A stretch of DNA of 64,000 nucleotides from an uncultured Chloroflexia bacterium. GTDB taxonomy: Bacteria; Chloroflexota; Dehalococcoidia; UBA2979. The translations under genes and the position numbers were made by a program. Shown here piece after piece: positions 18,947 through 29,226 of the stretch. Each line of letters begins with the position of its first letter. Within the stretch, counting starts at the first letter, position 1. The stretch covers positions 320,001 to 384,000 of the forward strand of contig CAVSIV010000001.1 in the NCBI GenBank assembly GCA_963728205.1, read 5' to 3'. The notes under the pieces are model-generated. The model was not told the DNA's origin, made no database searches, and saw only the letters and a list, made by a program, of their open reading frames with translations.

Positions 18947-19027
18947 GGCGAACGGCCCCGCATCGGCGGGCTGAGCAGGCAGTCGTGGCCGGCGGGGTCC
19001 TCAGCGCGCTGACGCGGGCCGTTCGCC
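18947..19027. repeat. MITE/REP-like element, copy 2
   Basis: Same termini and internal gctgag/ctcagc as 7090-7182. Confidence 0.7.
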
Positions 19028-19047
19028 GCGGTGGGTACGATAGGCGC

Positions 19048-19545
19048 ATGGCCGACCAGCCCGCCCCCACGCCCGCCCCGCGGCCCAAGCCGTCCCGCCC
19101 GCGCGACGAGCTCGGACGCCCGCTGCCGGCCGGCTCCGCGAACCGCATGGAGCTGCCCGACTTCGACGCGAACACGCTCGAGGAGAACCACGCGCTCGCC
19201 ATCGACTACTTCGACGCCGGCAGCTTCTTCGCCGCGCACGAGGCGTGGGAGACGTGCTGGGGCCAGGCGAAGGGCACCGACGAGGAGGAGTTCTTCAAGG
19301 GGCTCGCCCAACTCGGCGCCGGCTACACGCACTACCGACGCGGCAACGCGCACGGCGCGCGTGCCCTGATGCAGCGCGCGCTCGACCGCATCGGCTCGCG
19401 CGGCTCGCCGCACCGCGGGATCGACGTCCGCAACTTCCTCCACGAGATCCGCGTCACGCAGCAGGTCGTGGCGATCGTCGAGCAGCGCGGGGGTGAGCTT
19501 CCGCCGCTGCGGCACGACCGCGTGCCGCGCGCCGAGAGTCGTTAG
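19048..19545 (+). CDS. DUF309 family protein
   Basis: RPRDELGRPLP, FFAAHEAWE.CW, FFKGLAQL..G..H..RGN. Confidence 0.85.
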   Translation: MADQPAPTPAPRPKPSRPRDELGRPLPAGSANRMELPDFDANTLEENHALAIDYFDAGSFFAAHEAWETCWGQAKGTDEEEFFKGLAQLGAGYTHYRRGNAHGARALMQRALDRIGSRGSPHRGIDVRNFLHEIRVTQQVVAIVEQRGGELPPLRHDRVPRAESR

Positions 19546-20120
19546 ATCTCCAGCAGCGCGCGAAAGGCCTCGTGGTCGCCATCGGCGCAGGCGGCGCAGG
19601 CGCGCGCGTACTCCTCGCGGGCGGCACGGCCTCGCTCACGTGCGGCAGCGCGCTCCCCCTCGTCGCCCGGCCACGGCGCCGGGTACACGGTGACGGCGTA
19701 GCCGGGACCGCAGACACGCCCGAACAGCCAGGCGCCGAGCTCGGCGTGCCCCTCGGTCGAAACCACCGCCACGCGACGCCAGCCGCGCGGGAGCAGCGTC
19801 TCGACCTTCGCCCAGTACGCGTTGCCGATCGTGTTCACGGAGTGCGTCTCGACGAGCACGGCCCCGGCGGGGACACCCATCGCTATGGCCAGGTCTCGCA
19901 TCACCTCGGCCTCGGTCTTCGGCGGCGGGTCGGCGAGGTGGCGGACCGAGCAGCGGCCGGTCATCAGCAAATTGGGCGCCACGCCGTGGCGCCACAACTC
20001 GACGGCGCGCGTCACACGGGCGCGCGTGACCGGGTGGTCCGGGTCGGTGTTGAAGCCGAGGACGACGATGATGTCGGCCGGTGCGTCCGGCACGGGGGCG
20101 TCAATCGGCGGTTCGGGCAC
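19542..20120 (-). CDS. YdcF/DUF218 family protein
   Basis: IIVVLG, LLMTG, EAEVM, VETHSVNTIGNA. Confidence 0.85.
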   Translation of the reverse strand: MPEPPIDAPVPDAPADIIVVLGFNTDPDHPVTRARVTRAVELWRHGVAPNLLMTGRCSVRHLADPPPKTEAEVMRDLAIAMGVPAGAVLVETHSVNTIGNAYWAKVETLLPRGWRRVAVVSTEGHAELGAWLFGRVCGPGYAVTVYPAPWPGDEGERAAARERGRAAREEYARACAACADGDHEAFRALLEI

Positions 20121-20142
20121 TTCCGCTCCTCAGCGCGCCTGC

Positions 20143-21132
20143 CTACGACACGACCCCCGCCGCGCGCAGCACCTCGAGGCCCCGCGCAACGTCCTCGTCT
20201 GACTCGTGCTGGTCAATCTCGAAGGTGCGCCCCGCGGCGGCCGGGATCCGCGCGGCGAGCCACGCGTAGTCGACGTCGCCGTTGCCGGGTGCGCGGTGGT
20301 CGGTGAGGCGGCGTACGTCGTGCAGGTGCAGCGCCACGAGCCGCTCGCCGAGCAGGTCGAACCAGGTGCCGCGGTCGACGAGCCCGAGGCGGTGCAGTAC
20401 CTCGGCGTGGCCGACGTCGTGCAGGTAGCCGGCGATCTCCGGCGGATAGGGCGCCAGCAGCGACGCCGCCTCCTGCGGCAGCGGAATCTCGTGGTAGTGC
20501 AGCCGGCATTCGAGGCCGATCGTGACGCCGCGCGTGAGCGCGCGCTCGGCGAGCGTCGCGAGGCTGCGCTGCGCGGCCTCGAGGTGCGGCGCCGCGAGCG
20601 CCGCGCGTTCGCGCAGCGTGTCGTCGACCGCGCGGTCCCACTCCTCGCGCAGCGCGTCGGCGGATCGGCCGGTCGCGCCGTCGGCCGCGACGGCGGTTGC
20701 CGCGGGCATGCGCTCGAAGAGCGAGCGCAGCCGCCGCTCGCCGGCCAGCGCGCGCTTCCCCACGCCGCCGAGGTGCACGACGACGTGCCTCGCGCCGGCC
20801 TCGGCCGCGAGGTCGACCGACCGCAGGTGCGCCGCCACCGAGGCCGCGCGCTCGCCCTCGTCCGTCGACGCCAGGTTCAGCTCGCGGTTCCACCCGAAGT
20901 TGGCGTCGCGCTCGAGCGGCGCCGGCCCGTGCACGCCGGTCACCGGCAGCCGCCCGAAGCCGAGGATCGCGCCGATCTGCTCGCGGTCCATCGAGTGGTT
21001 GATCTCGATGCCGCGGTAGCCGAGCTCCGCCGCGCGCTCCATGAACGCGTGCATGTCGCGCTCGAAGCGCTGCTGCACGGCCCACATCGTCGAAAGCGAG
21101 GGGACCGGGCCGGCGGGCACGGCGTCGCTCAC
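20143..21132 (-). CDS. Sugar phosphate isomerase/epimerase (TIM-barrel) family protein
   Basis: GIE, VVVHLG, IGLE, HDVGH, HLHD, DHRAPGNGDVDY. Confidence 0.8.
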   Translation of the reverse strand: MSDAVPAGPVPSLSTMWAVQQRFERDMHAFMERAAELGYRGIEINHSMDREQIGAILGFGRLPVTGVHGPAPLERDANFGWNRELNLASTDEGERAASVAAHLRSVDLAAEAGARHVVVHLGGVGKRALAGERRLRSLFERMPAATAVAADGATGRSADALREEWDRAVDDTLRERAALAAPHLEAAQRSLATLAERALTRGVTIGLECRLHYHEIPLPQEAASLLAPYPPEIAGYLHDVGHAEVLHRLGLVDRGTWFDLLGERLVALHLHDVRRLTDHRAPGNGDVDYAWLAARIPAAAGRTFEIDQHESDEDVARGLEVLRAAGVVS

Positions 21133-21193
21133 CGAGACACCACCCTGCAACACGTCGCCACGCGTCGACCGGCGAGGCCGGGAGGAACGGGGG

Positions 21194-22357
21194 TCACGAG
21201 GTGGCGGCCGCCGTCGAGCGGCCGCCGGCCGCGATCACCTCGTCGAGCAGCAGGCGGGTGCGCTCGAGCACGGTGTCGTACGGGAAGTGGCCCACGAGAT
21301 CCGAACCGTGCTTGAGGTTCACCCCGGTGGGGCCGCACCACAGGCCGATGTCCGCGCCGTCGGTCTCGCCCGGACCGTTCACGCGACACCCCATCACGGC
21401 GATCGTGACGTCGTGCGACTTCGCGTACTCCGACATGCGCTTCACGTCCTGCGCGAGCTCGATGAACGCCTCGTTCTCGACGCGCGAGCAGGAGGGGCAC
21501 GAGATGATGTTCAGCCCCTCGCCGAAGTGCGCCGGCACCGAGCGGAAGCGCCCGGCATAGATGTCGTCGACGATCTCGCGGCCGGCGCGGATCTCCTCGC
21601 CCTTGTCGTCGAACGGGAGGGTGAGCGACACGCGGATGGTGTCGCCGATGCCCTCGGCGATCAGCTGCTCGAAGGCGATGCGCGTCTTGATGATGCCGTC
21701 GGGCGGCATGCCGGCCTCGGTGACGCCGAGGTGCAGCGGGACGTCGGGGCGCTGCGTCGAGAAGCGGCGGTTGCCCTCGACGACCTTGCGCCAGTCGGAG
21801 TCCTTGAGCGATACGACATAACGGGTGAAGCCGAGGTCGTCGAGCATCTGCGCGTGCTCGAGCGCGCTCTCGACCATGGCGCCGACGTCGTCCGCGCCGA
21901 ACTTCGCGATCTTCTGGGGGTCGACCGAGCCGCAGTTGACGCCGACGCGGAGGGCGACATCGTGCTTCACGGCCTGCTCGGCGATGAAGGCGACCTTGTC
22001 GCGCACCGACTTCTCGCGCTCGTGATGGTGCAGGTGGCCCGGGTTGTAGCGGACCTTGTCGACGTGCGGGGCGACCTGCCCGATCAGGCGGTAGTTCTCC
22101 TGCAGGTCGACGGAGAGGGTGGCGTCGGTGCGGCCGCGGATCTCGGCGAGGGCCTCCACGTCCTTCTTCGAGTCGACGGCGATGCGGACGACGTCGGCGC
22201 CGGCGGCGGCGATCAGGGTGACCTGGCGAACGGTTGCTTCGACGTCCTGGGTGCGGGTCGCCGCCATGGACTGCACGGCGATGGGCGCGCCGCCGCCGAT
22301 CTGGATCGGTCCGACGCGCACGGCACGGGTCGGCTTTCGGCGGATCTTCTGGGGCAT
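21194..22357 (-). CDS. ispG: (E)-4-hydroxy-3-methylbut-2-enyl-diphosphate synthase
   Basis: [54 protein letters not shown]. Confidence 0.95.
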   Translation of the reverse strand: MPQKIRRKPTRAVRVGPIQIGGGAPIAVQSMAATRTQDVEATVRQVTLIAAAGADVVRIAVDSKKDVEALAEIRGRTDATLSVDLQENYRLIGQVAPHVDKVRYNPGHLHHHEREKSVRDKVAFIAEQAVKHDVALRVGVNCGSVDPQKIAKFGADDVGAMVESALEHAQMLDDLGFTRYVVSLKDSDWRKVVEGNRRFSTQRPDVPLHLGVTEAGMPPDGIIKTRIAFEQLIAEGIGDTIRVSLTLPFDDKGEEIRAGREIVDDIYAGRFRSVPAHFGEGLNIISCPSCSRVENEAFIELAQDVKRMSEYAKSHDVTIAVMGCRVNGPGETDGADIGLWCGPTGVNLKHGSDLVGHFPYDTVLERTRLLLDEVIAAGGRSTAAATS

Positions 22358-22738
22358 GCGTTCTCCGGCCTGAGCGGTGTCGGCTACCAGCGTACGGCGT
22401 GGGGACGAGGGTCGCCAGACGCTCCGGCGCGTGCAGGGCGCGCTCCGGTGCGCGGCAGGCGTGATGCCTGCCGTGTGATCGACCGCGCCGGAGGCTGCGC
22501 GAGTCGCGCACTGCACACGGCGGGCCTGAAGCCCGCCGCGGGCCGACGCGGGGCGGCCTCGGAGCGGCGGGTGCGCGGGGCGGGGTTCAGAACGGGGCGG
22601 GCTGCCGAACGGGGCGGCGCCGAACGGGCGGCGCGGCCCCACCCGTTCGGGCGATCCGGCGCGCCGCGCTGCGCGGCACGCTGAGTGCACGCATCAACCG
22701 GGCGCATCGCCCGTGCGCAACGACGAAGGAGCAGGCAG

Positions 22739-23683
22739 ATGACCTCGAGCGACGCGATCGTGCTGCAGCAGGTGTCGAACGGGCTCGCGGAGGCCGTCGG
22801 ACGCGCGAGCGGCTACACGGTGCTCGTGAACGCACGCCGACGCATCCCCGCCAGCGGCGTGTCGTGGGGCGGCGGGCTGGTCGTCACGACCGACCACGCG
22901 CTCGAACGCGAGGAGGAGATCACGGTCGGCCTGCCGGACGACCGCGAGGTGCCCGCCACACTGGTGGGGCGCGACCCACGGTCGGATCTCGCGGTGTTGC
23001 GGGTCGAGGGCGCGACGGACGTACTCGTCGCGGCGGACCGGGCGCCGGACGGCGCGGTTCGCGTGGGGGCGCTCGTGCTCGCGATCGGGCGGCCGACGGC
23101 GGGCGGCGTCCAGGCGTCGCTCGGTGCCGTGAGCGCGATCGGTTCGCTGGCCGGGCCCTGGCTCGGGCGGCGCGGCCGCGAGGGAGCGGGCGGCGGTCCG
23201 TCCGACGACTACGTGCGCGCGGAGACGACCCTGTTCCCCGGTTTCTCGGGCGGGCCGCTCGTCGACGTGCAGGGTCGCATGGTCGGCCTCAACACGTCGC
23301 GCGGCCGGGCCGGGGTCGGCGTCACCATCCCGGCAGGCGTCGTCGCGCGGCTCGTGGAGTCGCTGGCCGCGCACGGGCGGATCCGCCGCGCCTACCTCGG
23401 CATCGGCAGCCAGGCGACGCGGCTCCCGGCCGCGCTGGCCGCCCACGCGGGCGGGCGCGAGGCCGGCCTGCTGATCGTCGGCGTCGAGGACGACAGCCCG
23501 GCCGCTCGTTCCGGCCTGATCGTCGGCGACATCATCATCGCGATCGACGACGCGGCGGTGGGCGGTACGAACGACCTGCAGTCGGCGCTGGCCGTGACCG
23601 AGGCCGGCGCGACCGTGTCCGTGCACGTGCTGCGCGGCGGCGAGCCGCGTGAGGTGAGCGTGACGCTCGGCGAGCGCCCCTAG
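22739..23683 (+). CDS. Trypsin-like serine protease with PDZ domain (HtrA-like, no signal peptide)
   Basis: TTDHAL, DLAVL, PGFSGGPL catalytic triad; C-terminal PDZ (SPAARSGL.VGDII). Confidence 0.9.
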   Translation: MTSSDAIVLQQVSNGLAEAVGRASGYTVLVNARRRIPASGVSWGGGLVVTTDHALEREEEITVGLPDDREVPATLVGRDPRSDLAVLRVEGATDVLVAADRAPDGAVRVGALVLAIGRPTAGGVQASLGAVSAIGSLAGPWLGRRGREGAGGGPSDDYVRAETTLFPGFSGGPLVDVQGRMVGLNTSRGRAGVGVTIPAGVVARLVESLAAHGRIRRAYLGIGSQATRLPAALAAHAGGREAGLLIVGVEDDSPAARSGLIVGDIIIAIDDAAVGGTNDLQSALAVTEAGATVSVHVLRGGEPREVSVTLGERP

Positions 23684-23785
23684 GCGCGCCCGCGACCCGC
23701 GTACGCCCGACCGCCACCCCCGGCGGCCGGGCGTACGCTCGATCCCACTCAGAGCCGCCCGGGGGTTGCAGCGGAGGGCACTCGG

Positions 23786-24406
23786 TTGGCGTCGAACGTG
23801 CTCCGCGTCCTCGTCTTCGCGCGCTACCCCGCGGTGCGCGCCGGCCTGCGTGAGCTCCTCGCGGCCGCGGGCTTCGAGGTGGTCGCGGAGATCGGCGCGA
23901 ACGAAGCGGCGGAGCCGCCGCCCGACGCCGACGTGCTCGTCGCGGATCTGGCCGGCCTCGCCGCCGACGTCGGGCTCGCGCCGGAGCTCGCCGCGCTGCC
24001 CGCCGTCTATCTCGCCGACGACGCTTCCGCCGCGGACCTGGGCGACGGCGACGACGCGCTGCCCACCGGCTGGCTGCCGCGCGACGTGGATGGCGCGGCG
24101 CTCGGCGCCGCGGTGCGGGCCGTCGCCGCCGGGATGGTGGTGCTCGACCCGGCGTTTGCGCGCGCGCTCGCAGCGGGCCCGCGCCCGCCGTCGTCCGACG
24201 GCGACGACGCCGGCCTCACTCAGCGCGAGGTCGACGTGCTCCGCCTCGTCGCCGACGGCCTGCCGAACAAGGGCGTCGCGCTCGCGCTCGGCATCAGCGA
24301 GCACACCGTGAAGTTCCACCTCGGATCGGTGCTGTCCAAGCTCGACGCGCACTCGCGCACCGAGGCGGTCACGATCGCCGCGCGGCGCGGGTTGCTCGCG
24401 CTCTAG
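23786..24406 (+). CDS. NarL/LuxR-type response regulator with degenerate receiver domain
   Basis: LTQREVDVLRLVADGLPNK..ISEHTVKFH; receiver lacks the N-terminal acidic pair. Confidence 0.85.
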   Translation: MASNVLRVLVFARYPAVRAGLRELLAAAGFEVVAEIGANEAAEPPPDADVLVADLAGLAADVGLAPELAALPAVYLADDASAADLGDGDDALPTGWLPRDVDGAALGAAVRAVAAGMVVLDPAFARALAAGPRPPSSDGDDAGLTQREVDVLRLVADGLPNKGVALALGISEHTVKFHLGSVLSKLDAHSRTEAVTIAARRGLLAL

Positions 24407-24469
24407 CGCGAGTTCGAAGTCGGCATGCCGCCGGCGAGCAGCGGGCTCACGCCTCCGCCGCGAACCGGC

Positions 24470-25690
24470 CTACCGGAAGATCGACTGGCCGCTCGCGATG
24501 CGGCTGATGTCGAAGAAGGTGACGACGACCGCGAACGCGATGAAGACGGCGAAGCCCACGAGGTGGACCAGCGCCTCCTTCTCCGGCGCGATGCGCTTGC
24601 CGCCGCGCACGATTCCGATCAGGACGAACAGCACGCGACCGCCGTCGAGCATCGGCAGCGGCAGCAGGTTGAGGATGCCGAGGTTGATCGAGAGGAGCGC
24701 GGCGAGCTCGAGCAGCGGCGACACCGCGCCGGCGGCGCTCCCGCCCTCGCGCGCGACCTCGCCCGTGGTCTGCGCGATGCCCACCGGGCCCGCGAGCTGC
24801 GGCCCGCCCGCCCCCTTGAACCACGTCAGCACCTGGTTGCGGGCGAGGATGAACGTGTCCCACGTCTGGCGGAACCCGTTCGGGATCGACCGCCAGGGCG
24901 GCTCCGCCACCGTCTCGGTGAACGGGTACTGCGACGCGATCGAGATCCCGGTCGGCCCCTGCCCCGACGGCGGCGCCCAGCGCGCGTACACGTGCAGGTC
25001 CAGGAACTCCCCGCCGCGCTTCACCTTCACCTCGACGGTCTGGCCGAGCGCGAGGTTGATGTAGCGGCTCGCCTCCGCGACGTTCTTCGTGGTGCGCCCG
25101 TTCACCGCGTAGATGACGTCGCCGTACTTCATGCCGGCCTCGGCGGCCGGGGCGTTCGGCACCACCGCCGTCACCATCGCATGGCCAATCGACTCCTGGT
25201 GCGGGAACGACAGCGCGAGCGCGAACAGGAAGATCGGGAGGATCAGGTTCGACACGGCCCCCGACGCGAGCACGATGATGCGCTGCCAGCGCGGCTTCAC
25301 CGAGAGGGAGCGTGGGTGGTCCGACGTCTCCTCGCCCTCGAGCCGCACGAACCCACCGATCGGCAGCCAGTTGAGCGAGTACTCGGTCTCGCCGATGCGC
25401 TTCGCCCAGATGCGCGGGGGGAAGCCGAGGCCGAACTCGTGGACGTAGATCCCGAACAGCTTCGCGGTCGCGAAGTGCGCGAACTCGTGAATCCAGACCA
25501 GCCCGATGAGGATGACGAGGAAGAGCGTCGCGGACAGCAGAGCCGAGCGCGCGAAGACGAAGCCGCCGATGATCACGAGCGCGAACAGCGCCGCCCCGAT
25601 CAGCGGCGAACCGCCGCCCCCGTCGCGCTCGCCGTCGGACGGGGCGCCGCCGGGGCGGGTCGCCGTGTCGTCGCGCCAGTTGTCGTTCAT
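24470..25690 (-). CDS. rseP: RIP metalloprotease RseP (M50 + PDZ)
   Basis: HEFAH, LPIGGFV, PDZ, NLLPLPMLDGG; downstream of dxr. Confidence 0.92.
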   Translation of the reverse strand: MNDNWRDDTATRPGGAPSDGERDGGGGSPLIGAALFALVIIGGFVFARSALLSATLFLVILIGLVWIHEFAHFATAKLFGIYVHEFGLGFPPRIWAKRIGETEYSLNWLPIGGFVRLEGEETSDHPRSLSVKPRWQRIIVLASGAVSNLILPIFLFALALSFPHQESIGHAMVTAVVPNAPAAEAGMKYGDVIYAVNGRTTKNVAEASRYINLALGQTVEVKVKRGGEFLDLHVYARWAPPSGQGPTGISIASQYPFTETVAEPPWRSIPNGFRQTWDTFILARNQVLTWFKGAGGPQLAGPVGIAQTTGEVAREGGSAAGAVSPLLELAALLSINLGILNLLPLPMLDGGRVLFVLIGIVRGGKRIAPEKEALVHLVGFAVFIAFAVVVTFFDISRIASGQSIFR

Positions 25691-26862
25691 GCGGTCCCCG
25701 CGGTTCCGGCCATCACGGCCTCGTCAACGAAGTGGCGGCCCCAGCGTTCCGCCGCGAGCAGGTCGTCGAGCGACGGCTCCGCGACGGCCGCGTGCGCGTC
25801 GAGCGCGCGCGCGAGCAGCCGGGCGATGTCGGTGAAGCGGCAGCGGCCGGCGAGGAAATGCGCGACCGCGGACTCGTCGGCGCCGGCCACGGCCGCCGCC
25901 GACGTGTCGTTGCGGCGGCCGGCCTCGAGCACCACGCCGAGCGCGGGGAAGCGCACGCCGTCGACGTCGCCGAAGTGCAGCGCCCCCCGTCGGGCGAGGC
26001 TCATCGCCGGCGCCGGCCGCGCCGGCAGCCGGCCCGGGTAGCCGATGGCGACCTGGATCGGCAGGCGCATGTCCGGCTCCCCGAGCTGCGCCTTCACCGA
26101 GCCGTCCACGAACTCCACCATGCTGTGCACCACCGACTCACGATGCTGGAGCACGTCGATGCGGTCGAGCGGAACGTCGAACAGCCAGCGCGCCTCGATG
26201 GCCTCGAGGCCCTTGTTGAAGAGCGTGGCGCTGTCGACCGTGATCTTCGGCCCCATGCGCCAGGTGGGGTGCTCGAGCGCCTGCGCCGGCGTGACGGCGT
26301 CGAGCGCCTCCAGATCGTAGTCGCGAAACGCGCCGCCGGACGCGGTGAGCACGAGCCGTGCGACGTCCTGCGGCGCCTCGCCCCAGAGGCACTGCCAGAT
26401 CGCGGAGTGCTCGGAGTCGACCGGGCGCAGCTCCGCGCCGCGGGCGCGACCGGCGTCGAGCGCGGCGCGCACGGCGTGCCCCCCGACGACGAGCACCTCC
26501 TTGTTCGCGATCGCGACCGGCTTGCCGGCCTCGAGCGCCGCGAGCGTGGGCGCCATGCCGGCGAGGCCGCTGGTCGCGACGACGACGAGGTCGACGTCGT
26601 CGCGCGTGGCCATCACGTCAATCGGCTGCCATGCCGCGCTTCCGACCTCGGTGGCGAGCGCGTCGGCGTCGCGGCCGGGGCGCGCCCAGGCCGCGGCCGG
26701 GCGGAACTCGCGCACCTGGTCGCGCAGCGCGCCGACGTTCGAGCCGGCGCCGAGGGCGGTGACACGAAAACGGTCCGGGAGCGCCCGGACCACGTCGAGG
26801 ACCTGCTGCCCCACGGACCCCGTCGATCCGAGGACGGCGAGGCGGGTCAGGTCTGGAACCAT
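25687..26862 (-). CDS. dxr: 1-deoxy-D-xylulose-5-phosphate reductoisomerase
   Basis: LGSTGSVG, ANKE, PVDSEHSAIWQ, HPTWRMGPKITVDSAT. Confidence 0.96.
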   Translation of the reverse strand: MVPDLTRLAVLGSTGSVGQQVLDVVRALPDRFRVTALGAGSNVGALRDQVREFRPAAAWARPGRDADALATEVGSAAWQPIDVMATRDDVDLVVVATSGLAGMAPTLAALEAGKPVAIANKEVLVVGGHAVRAALDAGRARGAELRPVDSEHSAIWQCLWGEAPQDVARLVLTASGGAFRDYDLEALDAVTPAQALEHPTWRMGPKITVDSATLFNKGLEAIEARWLFDVPLDRIDVLQHRESVVHSMVEFVDGSVKAQLGEPDMRLPIQVAIGYPGRLPARPAPAMSLARRGALHFGDVDGVRFPALGVVLEAGRRNDTSAAAVAGADESAVAHFLAGRCRFTDIARLLARALDAHAAVAEPSLDDLLAAERWGRHFVDEAVMAGTAGTA

Positions 26863-27650
26863 CGTAGAAGCCAGTATAGCAACGGCCCGGTGAGCAGCAG
26901 GGAGTCCAGGCGGTCGAGTAGCCCGCCGTGCCCCGGCAGCAGGTGCGACATGTCCTTCACGCCGAGCTGCCGCTTGATCGCGGACTCCAGCAGATCGCCG
27001 ACGAGCGCCGCGACCGGCAGCCCAGCCGCGACGAGCGCGCGCCCCGCGGGCTGCAGGTGCAGGCCGAGGACGAGCGGTAGCAGCGCGCCGGCGAGCGCGC
27101 CGAAGGCGATCCCGCCGGCCGCGCCCTCCCACGTCTTCTTCGGCGAGATCGCCGGGGCCATGAGGTGGCGCCCGAGCAGGCGCCCGACCGCGTAGGCGCC
27201 CGTGTCGGTCGCGAAGTTCGCGGCGAGCAACACGAGCAGCCACTGCTGCCCCTGCGGGAACGCGCGCGTGAGCACGAAGCTCGCGCCGAGCACGCCGGGG
27301 TAGAGCGCGCCGACGAGCCACCACGCCGGCAGCGAGCCGGCGAGCGTCCCGCGGAGATCGCGCGGGCGCAGCGCCATCGTCAGGAGCAGCGCGAGCACGA
27401 CGAGCATCCACGGCAGCGACGACTGCGCGTGCCGCTCCACGCGCACGACCGAGACGAAGAGCGCCGCGGTGGCGGCGGCCCCCAGCGCGTAGGCGCGGTC
27501 GGTGTCCGGCGCGGCGGCGCGGAAGAGCTCGAACGCCGCGGCGGCGAGGATGAGCTCGACGGCGGCTGAGAAGACGCCCTCGGGCGCGAGGAGGAGCAGG
27601 CCGAGGAGGGGGAGTCCGACCGCGGCGACCGCGAGGCGCTGGCGCAGCAT
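26847..27650 (-). CDS. cdsA: Phosphatidate cytidylyltransferase
   Basis: DTGAY..G, ISPKKTWEG, GDLLES.IKR..GVKD...LPGHGGLLDRLDS. Confidence 0.95.
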   Translation of the reverse strand: MLRQRLAVAAVGLPLLGLLLLAPEGVFSAAVELILAAAAFELFRAAAPDTDRAYALGAAATAALFVSVVRVERHAQSSLPWMLVVLALLLTMALRPRDLRGTLAGSLPAWWLVGALYPGVLGASFVLTRAFPQGQQWLLVLLAANFATDTGAYAVGRLLGRHLMAPAISPKKTWEGAAGGIAFGALAGALLPLVLGLHLQPAGRALVAAGLPVAALVGDLLESAIKRQLGVKDMSHLLPGHGGLLDRLDSLLLTGPLLYWLLRWFQT

Positions 27651-27662
27651 GCAGGCTCCGAC

Positions 27663-28490
27663 CTAGGTGCGTGCGTCCCCGGCGCCTGGCGCGGCGCCGT
27701 GCTTGCCGGGCGCGTGTCGGGGGGGCGCCTCACCGGGGACATCGTCCGCCGGTCCATCGTCCGGCACCAGCCCGAACCGCCGCTGGCGGCCGCTGAAGTC
27801 GGCGAGCGCGGCGTCGACCTGCGGCGGGCCGAAGTCCGGCCACAGCGTGTCGGTGAAGTAGTACTCGGTGTAGGCGGACTGCCAGACGAGGAAGTTCGAC
27901 AGCCGGTGCTCGCCGCCCGTGCGGATCAGCAGGTCGGGCTCGGGCAGCTCACCGGTCGCGAGCCGCGCGGCGATGGCCTCCTCCGTGATCGCGTCGTCCG
28001 CGACGCCGTCGGCGACCAGCCGTCGCACCGCCTGCACGATGTCGGCACGGCCGCCGTAGTTGAACGCGACGTTCACGACCATGCGGCTGTTCGGCTGCGT
28101 GCGCTCAATCGCGCGCCGCATCCGTGAGCGCAGCGCGCTCGGCAGGCGGTCGACGTCGCCCAGATGTCGCAACTGGACGCCGCTGGTGTCGAGGTCGCCG
28201 AGGTAGCGGTCGATGAACTCGCTGCCGAGCCGCAGGATGGCCTCGACCTCGTGGCGCGGCCGGCCCCAGTTCTCGGTGGAGAACCCGAACAGCGTCAGCA
28301 CCTCCACCTCGTAGTCGGCCATGCGCTCGACGACGGGCAGGATGGCCTCGGCGCCGGCGCGGTGGCCGTCCGTGCGCTTGAGGTCGCGCGCGGCGGCCCA
28401 GCGGCCGTTGCCGTCCATGATGATCGCGACGTGCCGGGGGATCGCGCGCAGGCGCAGCAGCGGTGACGTCGACGCCGGTTGGGTGACCAC
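27663..28490 (-). CDS. uppS: Polyprenyl diphosphate synthase UppS
   Basis: HVAIIMDGNGRWA, FSTENWGRP, NYGGR, IRTGGE.RLSNFL. Confidence 0.95.
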   Translation of the reverse strand: MVTQPASTSPLLRLRAIPRHVAIIMDGNGRWAAARDLKRTDGHRAGAEAILPVVERMADYEVEVLTLFGFSTENWGRPRHEVEAILRLGSEFIDRYLGDLDTSGVQLRHLGDVDRLPSALRSRMRRAIERTQPNSRMVVNVAFNYGGRADIVQAVRRLVADGVADDAITEEAIAARLATGELPEPDLLIRTGGEHRLSNFLVWQSAYTEYYFTDTLWPDFGPPQVDAALADFSGRQRRFGLVPDDGPADDVPGEAPPRHAPGKHGAAPGAGDART

Positions 28491-28569
28491 TGTGATCCCG
28501 CCTGCCGCGAGGCGCTGCGTGCCTGCCGTGCGAGCGATGGTACGGGGTGCCGCGCTCGCGCGCGCCGGC

Positions 28570-29127
28570 TCAGACCTCGAGGAGCTCGCGCTCCTTGTCC
28601 TTCGCCAGCGACTCGATCTGCTCGATGTGCTGGTGCGTGAGGTTCTCGACCTCGGCGGTGGCGCGGTGCTCGTCGTCCTCCGAGACCTCGCCGTCGCGCA
28701 GCTGCTTCTTCAGCTCGTCCATCGCGTGGCGGCGGATGTTGCGCACCGAGACGCGCGCCTCCTCGGTCTTCGTGTGGACCTGCTTCACGAGGTCCTTGCG
28801 GCGGTCCTCGGTGAGCGGCGGGATGGGGAGGCGGATCAGGTTGCCGTCGCTCTGGGGCGTGATGCCCAGGTCGCTGGCCTGGATCGCCTTCATGATCCCG
28901 TTGATCGTGCTCTTGTCCCAGGGCTGGACGGTGAGCAGCGTCGCGTCGGGCGCGTTCAGCGTGGCGAGCTGGTTGAGCGCCATCGACTGCCCGTACTGCT
29001 CGACGTGGAGGTGCTCGATCAGGCGCGTGTTGGCGCGGCCGGTGCGGATCGAGCTCAACACCTGCTCGTAGGCCGTGACGGCCTTGTCCATGCGATCTTC
29101 GGCGTCCAGGAGGATCTCGTCGGTCAT
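28570..29127 (-). CDS. frr: Ribosome recycling factor
   Basis: IRTGRA, QPWDK, IPPLTEDRRKDLVK, VRNIRR. Confidence 0.96.
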   Translation of the reverse strand: MTDEILLDAEDRMDKAVTAYEQVLSSIRTGRANTRLIEHLHVEQYGQSMALNQLATLNAPDATLLTVQPWDKSTINGIMKAIQASDLGITPQSDGNLIRLPIPPLTEDRRKDLVKQVHTKTEEARVSVRNIRRHAMDELKKQLRDGEVSEDDEHRATAEVENLTHQHIEQIESLAKDKERELLEV

Positions 29128-29226
29128 GTCGTCCTCCGTTCGAGCGGGAGCGGATGGGGCGTGCGCGCGTGCGCGACCGTCCGCTCCCGCCGTCGACTCG
29201 CCCGCGGCGGATGGCGCCGCGGCGGC

